A stretch of 64,000 bases of DNA from Gammaproteobacteria bacterium (lineage in GTDB: Bacteria > Pseudomonadota > Gammaproteobacteria > Eutrophobiales > Eutrophobiaceae). The stretch is taken from the NCBI GenBank assembly GCA_026710545.1, contig JAPOQU010000076.1, positions 6,787-70,786 on the forward strand. Direction: 5' to 3'. Shown piece by piece: positions 59,512 through 64,000 of this stretch (the first letter of the stretch is position 1; each line of letters opens with the position of its first letter). The position numbers and the translations under genes are program-made. The notes under the pieces were generated by a model. That model made no database searches and was not told the DNA's origin. It worked only from the letters and a program-made list of their open reading frames with translations.

Positions 59512-60087
59512 TCAAAGCAAACCGGTGATGATGCTTTCCGCTTCCTCGGTGGGCAGGATGCCGGGCTTGACGTGAGCTATCTGCCCGTTCCTGTCGATGA
59601 TCACGGTGTATGGCAGGGCGCCTATGTTGTTGCCGTAGGCCTCGGCCAGTTTGATGACTTCCAGTTCACCGGCCAGTATCGGGTAGTTCACGTGGTGTTC
59701 CACGACGAACTCGCGCACTTCTTCCGGTTTCTGCAGGGCGATACCGATGAACTGCAACCCCCGGGACCGGTACTTCTCCTGTAGCGAGACAAACTCGGGG
59801 ACTTCCTTCAGACAGGGCGGGCACCAGGTTGCCCAGAAATTGAGCGCGACCACCTTGCCGTCCCACTCGGTGATCGAACGCTGCCGGCCGTCCAGGTCCG
59901 GCAGGGTGAATTCGGGCCTGGGGCGGCCCAGGATTTGCGCGCCCAAGGCGGGCTGCATGGCATTGCCGCTTTGCTCCGCAGGTGAACGGGTGGCCTCGTC
60001 CTGCTGGTAATGATACAGGCGATAGCCCAGGTAGCCGGAGGCGAATACCAGGCCCGTCAGCACAGTCCAGAACACAATCCGTTTCAT
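59512..60087 (-). CDS. TlpA/ResA-like membrane-anchored thiol:disulfide oxidoreductase
   Basis: N-terminal TM anchor. NFWATWCPPCLKEVPEF contains the CxxC motif. Overlaps the dsbD stop by 4 nt. Confidence 0.85.
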   Translation of the reverse strand: MKRIVFWTVLTGLVFASGYLGYRLYHYQQDEATRSPAEQSGNAMQPALGAQILGRPRPEFTLPDLDGRQRSITEWDGKVVALNFWATWCPPCLKEVPEFVSLQEKYRSRGLQFIGIALQKPEEVREFVVEHHVNYPILAGELEVIKLAEAYGNNIGALPYTVIIDRNGQIAHVKPGILPTEEAESIITGLL

Positions 60088-61904
60088 GAGGCCGGCAACA
60101 TTACGAGGTGGCTCAGGAACTGTTCCGGCTTGACGTAGCCGATGAGACGGTATTCCTGTAACTCACGACGATCGGTACTGAAAAACAGGATGGCCGGCGG
60201 CCCGAACAACCGGAATCTTTCAAGCAATTGCTGATCTTCGTCGTCATTCCGGGTCACGTCCGCCTGGAGCAGGACGACGCCGGACAGGGCCTGTTTGACT
60301 GCCGGTTCGGAAAACGTGTCTTCTTCCATCTCGATGCAGGTGACGCACCAGTCCGCGTAGAAATCCAGCATCACGAGTTTGCCCGCGGCGCCGGCGGCGG
60401 CCAGGTTTCTATCCAGGTCGGCGGCGCTCTTGATACGCCGGAAATCCAGGCTGCTTTTTGCGGGCGGTTCCCCAGCCAGGTGCGCCAGGGGGCGCAGCAT
60501 GTCCTGGGAACCCGACAGCGCGCCGATGATCAGGGCGCCCGCGTAGACCAGTCCGGCGATACCGATTGCCCTGATTGCCTTGCCGGCACGCGCGTTGCGG
60601 TCCAGCGCGCCCAGCAGCAGCGCTGCAAGAATGACCAGCAGCGCCCACAGGATCATGGCGATGTTGCCGGGGATGACGCGTTCCAGGAACCAGACGGCAA
60701 CGCCCAGCATGATGATGCCGAAGCCCTGTTTGACTTTCTCCATCCAGGCGCCGACCCGGGGCAGCAACGACCCGGCGGATGCGCCGATGACAAGCAACGG
60801 CACGCCGAAGCCCAGGCCCATGGAGAACAGCGCCGCGCCGCCCAGCAGCGCATCGCCGGTCTGGCTGATATACAGCAACGCCCCGGCCAGCGGCGGGGCA
60901 ACACAGGGACCGACGATCACCGCGGACACCGCGCCCATGAGCGCGCAGGAATACAGGCCGCTGCCGTTCCGGGGCTCGGACAGGGAAGCCAGCCGGGACT
61001 GCATGGCGGCCGGCATGCGCAGTTCATAAAAGCCGAACATGGACAGCGCCAGGAGAACGAATACCAGGCTGAATGCCCCGATCACCCAGATATTCTGGGA
61101 AGCGGCCTGCAGGTTAAGCTGGAATGAACCGGCCAGCACCCCCAGCAGGGCGTAGGTCAGCGCCATGGCGAGTACGTAGGCGAGAGACAGCACAAACCCA
61201 TGCAGCCCGGTTACTTTCCCGGGTTGTCCGACGATGATGCCCGACAGGATGGGGATCATCGGGAACACGCAGGGGGTCAATGACAATAATACGCCGAAGA
61301 TAAAAAACGCGATGATATTCAACGCGAGGCTGCCCTGTTTCAGCTTCTCGGTAATCCTGTCCTGGGCCGAAAGTTGCGCCTGGCTGACGGGTTGCACGGT
61401 AGCGGCCACCACCTGTCCCAGGCCGACGCTGATCTCCTTTCGCTGCGGCGGATAGCAGACCGATCCGTCCTTGCAGCCCTGGTATCCCACCTGGAACAGG
61501 GCTTCGGAGATGCCCGTCCCGGTGCTCAGCAGCGGCACATCGACAGCGACCAGGCCGGTATTCACCTCCACGTCGCCGAAAGACTCATCCTGTTTGACCT
61601 TGCCGCGCGGGACCCGGATCGCCGTTTCATCGATGTCCACGTCATCTGCCAGGGAAGAAAACGAAAACTTGTCCCGGTAGAGATAATATCCGTCCGCGAC
61701 CGCCCAGGTGAAACGTACGCTCTGCGGGCCGGTGGCCGTTGCCGATAATTTGAACGCCTGGTCGGGGTCGAGAATGCCGTAACGGTTGAGGCCATCGTCC
61801 TCCGGGTCGACCAGGTTTTTCAGGCGCTCGCCCAGGGATTGCGCGGACACGGCCAAGGCAGCCAGGCACAGCAGCGAGGCAATGATCTGTCGTGGTTCAG
61901 GCAT
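60084..61904 (-). CDS. dsbD: Thiol:disulfide interchange protein DsbD
   Basis: From the ATG at 61904 (signal peptide). Periplasmic alpha domain, LSLTPCVFPMIP... and GPCVAPP TM cysteines, C-terminal thioredoxin DFYADWCVTC. Confidence 0.9.
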   Translation of the reverse strand: MPEPRQIIASLLCLAALAVSAQSLGERLKNLVDPEDDGLNRYGILDPDQAFKLSATATGPQSVRFTWAVADGYYLYRDKFSFSSLADDVDIDETAIRVPRGKVKQDESFGDVEVNTGLVAVDVPLLSTGTGISEALFQVGYQGCKDGSVCYPPQRKEISVGLGQVVAATVQPVSQAQLSAQDRITEKLKQGSLALNIIAFFIFGVLLSLTPCVFPMIPILSGIIVGQPGKVTGLHGFVLSLAYVLAMALTYALLGVLAGSFQLNLQAASQNIWVIGAFSLVFVLLALSMFGFYELRMPAAMQSRLASLSEPRNGSGLYSCALMGAVSAVIVGPCVAPPLAGALLYISQTGDALLGGAALFSMGLGFGVPLLVIGASAGSLLPRVGAWMEKVKQGFGIIMLGVAVWFLERVIPGNIAMILWALLVILAALLLGALDRNARAGKAIRAIGIAGLVYAGALIIGALSGSQDMLRPLAHLAGEPPAKSSLDFRRIKSAADLDRNLAAAGAAGKLVMLDFYADWCVTCIEMEEDTFSEPAVKQALSGVVLLQADVTRNDDEDQQLLERFRLFGPPAILFFSTDRRELQEYRLIGYVKPEQFLSHLVMLPAS

Positions 61905-62208
61905 CTTTATGCATATACTCATCAATCCAGGATAAATATTCAGGTAAACCCCTAATGACAGGGACTCCGATAATCTCCGGAAGTTCATACGGGTGCAGTT
62001 CCCTGATGCGCTGCTCCAGCGCCGGGTAACTTGCCGATGTTGTCTTGATCAGCAGCAGGTATTCATCCGCGCGCTCCACCTTGCCGTCCCAGTGGAAATA
62101 CGACTGCAAGCCGGGCAGCACCTGCACGCAGGCGGCCAGTTTGCCGTCTACCAGTTCGGCGGCAATCGTGCCGGCTGTCCCGGAATCCGGACAGGTATTC
62201 AAAACCAT
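61897..62208 (-). CDS. cutA: Divalent-cation tolerance protein CutA
   Basis: From the ATG at 62208: MVLNTCPDSGTAGTIAAELVDGKLAACVQVLPGLQSYFHW...ELHPYELPEI. Overlaps the dsbD start by 8 nt (classical cutA-dsbD pair). Confidence 0.85.
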   Translation of the reverse strand: MVLNTCPDSGTAGTIAAELVDGKLAACVQVLPGLQSYFHWDGKVERADEYLLLIKTTSASYPALEQRIRELHPYELPEIIGVPVIRGLPEYLSWIDEYMHKDA

Positions 62209-62383
62209 AAGGTGCTCAGATAAATCAGTAATAGCTGCTTCTCCCCGTGTTTTTTCGTACGGCCGATTATGGGGGTAAATAGTATATAATAACTCACGCT
62301 TGCCGATACCTTCTTGAAAAATCACATTCTGCCAATACATTGATAGTCATGCCGGCAATACATTTTCGACGGGACTGATACCG

Positions 62384-62812
62384 ATGTTCAGGATCCTGTT
62401 CCTGCTGTTTGTTACGGTCCCCCTGGTTGAGATCTACTTTCTGATCCAGGTAGGACAGGAAATAGGGGCGCTTTCAACGGTATTGTTGTGCATCCTGACC
62501 GCGGCCCTGGGGGCCATACTGCTGCGCATCCAGGGTATGCTGACGCTGCTGCGCGCCAGGGAGAAACTGGGCCGCGGAGAAATACCGGCTGATAATTTAC
62601 TGGAGGGGCTGATCCTGCTTATCTCCGGCGTCCTGTTGCTCACCCCGGGCTTCGTCACCGACGTCATCGGTTTCCTGTGCCTGGTCCCTTCCCTGCGCTC
62701 AATGCTGGCCCTGAAAATGCTCCACCGGGCATTCCAGGAGGACTTGCGGAAAAGAAACATTACCGTCGAAGGGGAATTCTGGGAAGAGGACAATCAGCGG
62801 CGGTTGCGCTAA
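62384..62812 (+). CDS. fxsA: FxsA-family membrane protein
   Basis: MFRILFLLFVTVPLVEIYFLIQVG...LLLTPGFVTDVIGFLCLVP. Confidence 0.85.
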   Translation: MFRILFLLFVTVPLVEIYFLIQVGQEIGALSTVLLCILTAALGAILLRIQGMLTLLRAREKLGRGEIPADNLLEGLILLISGVLLLTPGFVTDVIGFLCLVPSLRSMLALKMLHRAFQEDLRKRNITVEGEFWEEDNQRRLR

Positions 62813-62923
62813 CCCGCCAGCTCGTCCCCTGCTCCCTGCGGATTCGTCGTTCCTGCGAAGCTTGTCCCTGCATAAGCAGGTAGCAGGAACCCAGGCCGGT
62901 TTCGTGAGAACCTGTAACGCCTG

Positions 62924-63604
62924 ATGAGCAAAGAACAAAACATCATCGACTACCTGTCCGGTTTCATCAAAGCGGAACGCAGGGAACGTCTGCGAGAGAT
63001 CCTGCGGCAGAGAACCCGCCATATCACCGTTGTGCTGGAAGACATCTACCAGCCCCAGAACGCCAGCGCGGTGTTGCGCACCTGCGAATGCCTGGGGATA
63101 CAGGAGATCCACGTCATCGAGAACCACCATGAATACCGCCTCAACCCTGCCGTGGTGCAAGGGGCGTCGAAGTGGATAGAGCTTGCAAAACATAACCGGG
63201 CAGGGGAGGACAATACCCGCGCCTGTATAGAACACCTCAGAACACGCGGTTACCGCATCATCGCCATGGACCCGGCGCCCGGCGGCAAGACGCCGGAACA
63301 ACTGGATGTCAGCGAAAAACTCGCCCTCTGCTTCGGCTCGGAAGAACCGGGCCTGTCAGGAACCCTGCAGGACCTGGCCGACGATACCGTGAGAATCCCG
63401 CTTCACGGTTTTACCCAAAGCTACAACCTGTCGGTCAGCGCCGCCATCAGTCTGTACTCCCTGGTCACAACCCTGAGAAACTCCGGCGTCAACTGGCAAC
63501 TCGGTGCAGGCGACGCCACCGGCCTTTACATCAAGTGGCTGGCGCAATCCACACCTTCAGGACAGCAGTTGCTGGAGGACTACCTGGAACAGCTTGAGGG
63601 GTAG
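62924..63604 (+). CDS. trmH: SpoU/TrmH-family RNA 2'-O-methyltransferase
   Basis: VVLEDIYQPQNASAVLRTCECLGI...ALCFGSEEPGLS...IPLHGFTQSYNLSVSAAI. Confidence 0.85.
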   Translation: MSKEQNIIDYLSGFIKAERRERLREILRQRTRHITVVLEDIYQPQNASAVLRTCECLGIQEIHVIENHHEYRLNPAVVQGASKWIELAKHNRAGEDNTRACIEHLRTRGYRIIAMDPAPGGKTPEQLDVSEKLALCFGSEEPGLSGTLQDLADDTVRIPLHGFTQSYNLSVSAAISLYSLVTTLRNSGVNWQLGAGDATGLYIKWLAQSTPSGQQLLEDYLEQLEG

Positions 63605-63639
63605 CCGCGTTCTCTATCCTGGCCTCCCATACGAGCGGG

Positions 63640-64000
63640 CTAGAAGAATACCTGGGTACGGAATGACAGGTACTCCGGGTCGCCGTCACCAGTTCCCCAG
63701 TCACAGGTGTCGGCGCCGCCGCTGTCACAGAACGTCTTGACGTAATTCAGCTTGAACATCATGTTGTTGTTGACGTACCAGTTCAACGCCGCCGTAAGGA
63801 CATCGCCGGAGTCCGCGCCGATGCCGGCTCCCAGGTCGGTGGAACTGTAGCGCAGTCCCACTTCCCAGCCACCCCAACCGCCGCCGCCGACCGGGTCCTT
63901 CACCTTGACGCTGGAGAACGCGCCGTTCTTGTAGCGCCGGTTCTCCCCGGTGAGAAAGTAACTGCCCTGGACGTAGAAACCTTCCATGTCCGTATCCCCG
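63640..64000 (-). CDS. Phosphate-selective porin O/P-like outer-membrane protein (C-terminal part; gene continues beyond the window)
   Basis: ...GWEVGLRYSSTDL...LNWYVNNNMMFKLNYV...SFRTQVFF is beta-barrel terminal F and OprO/P-like strand periodicity. Includes an unusual Cys/Asp-rich loop CDSGGADTCDWGTGDGD. Confidence 0.55.
   Translation of the reverse strand, partial: GDTDMEGFYVQGSYFLTGENRRYKNGAFSSVKVKDPVGGGGWGGWEVGLRYSSTDLGAGIGADSGDVLTAALNWYVNNNMMFKLNYVKTFCDSGGADTCDWGTGDGDPEYLSFRTQVFF

Overview
This 64-kb window looks like a gammaproteobacterial chromosome segment. That placement rests on synteny only: aroQ-accB-accC, fis-purH-purD, pepP-ubiH with divergent zapA-ssrS, and cutA-dsbD. No taxon can be named from sequence alone. 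Most of the window is GC-rich housekeeping backbone: LLM oxidoreductase and etfBA; a tkt-gap-pgk-pyk-fba(class I) block; purC, glnS, pepP, ilvA, rpiA, dtd, hemF, hisBH, purDH, fis, accBC, aroQ, dsbD/cutA and trmH. Three visibly AT-richer accessory patches interrupt it. (1) 4.0-7.8 kb holds vapBC, hipBA-1, an orphan YgjP-type metallopeptidase and two remnants encoding TPEV repeats. (2) ~30.0-41.3 kb is a decayed island. It has five more toxin-antitoxin-like modules (XRE-ImmA/PIN-like, hicB, dinJ-yafQ, parD-relE, hipBA-2), an IS1595 transposase remnant, an RlmJ-like gene truncated at the IS junction, ~235-bp direct repeats bracketing a 3.7-kb cassette, a nonsense-interrupted TPR gene, a minimal Kv-type K+ channel placed as if co-transcribed with a TA pair, and an uncharacterised, translationally coupled three-gene operon (secreted protein / Lys-rich membrane protein / bacterial PH-domain protein). 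(3) 52.3-59.1 kb holds a tandem winged-helix protein beside an operon of TonB-dependent receptor, Cys-only KAS III-like enzyme, adenylate-forming ligase and alpha/beta hydrolase. The backbone also shows oddities: a single-ORF UbiH-UbiI fusion; a transketolase whose conserved N-terminus can only start at a non-canonical codon (probably ATA); a 120-bp MITE with a 9-bp target-site duplication in the ilvA/rpiA promoter region; a 6S RNA; and a family of GGGGAC(G/A)GA...TC(C/T)GTCCCC palindromes after stop codons. I saw no CRISPR array, tRNA, rRNA or integrase. Every functional call comes from reading the translated ORFs and recognising motifs by eye; no database search was run.
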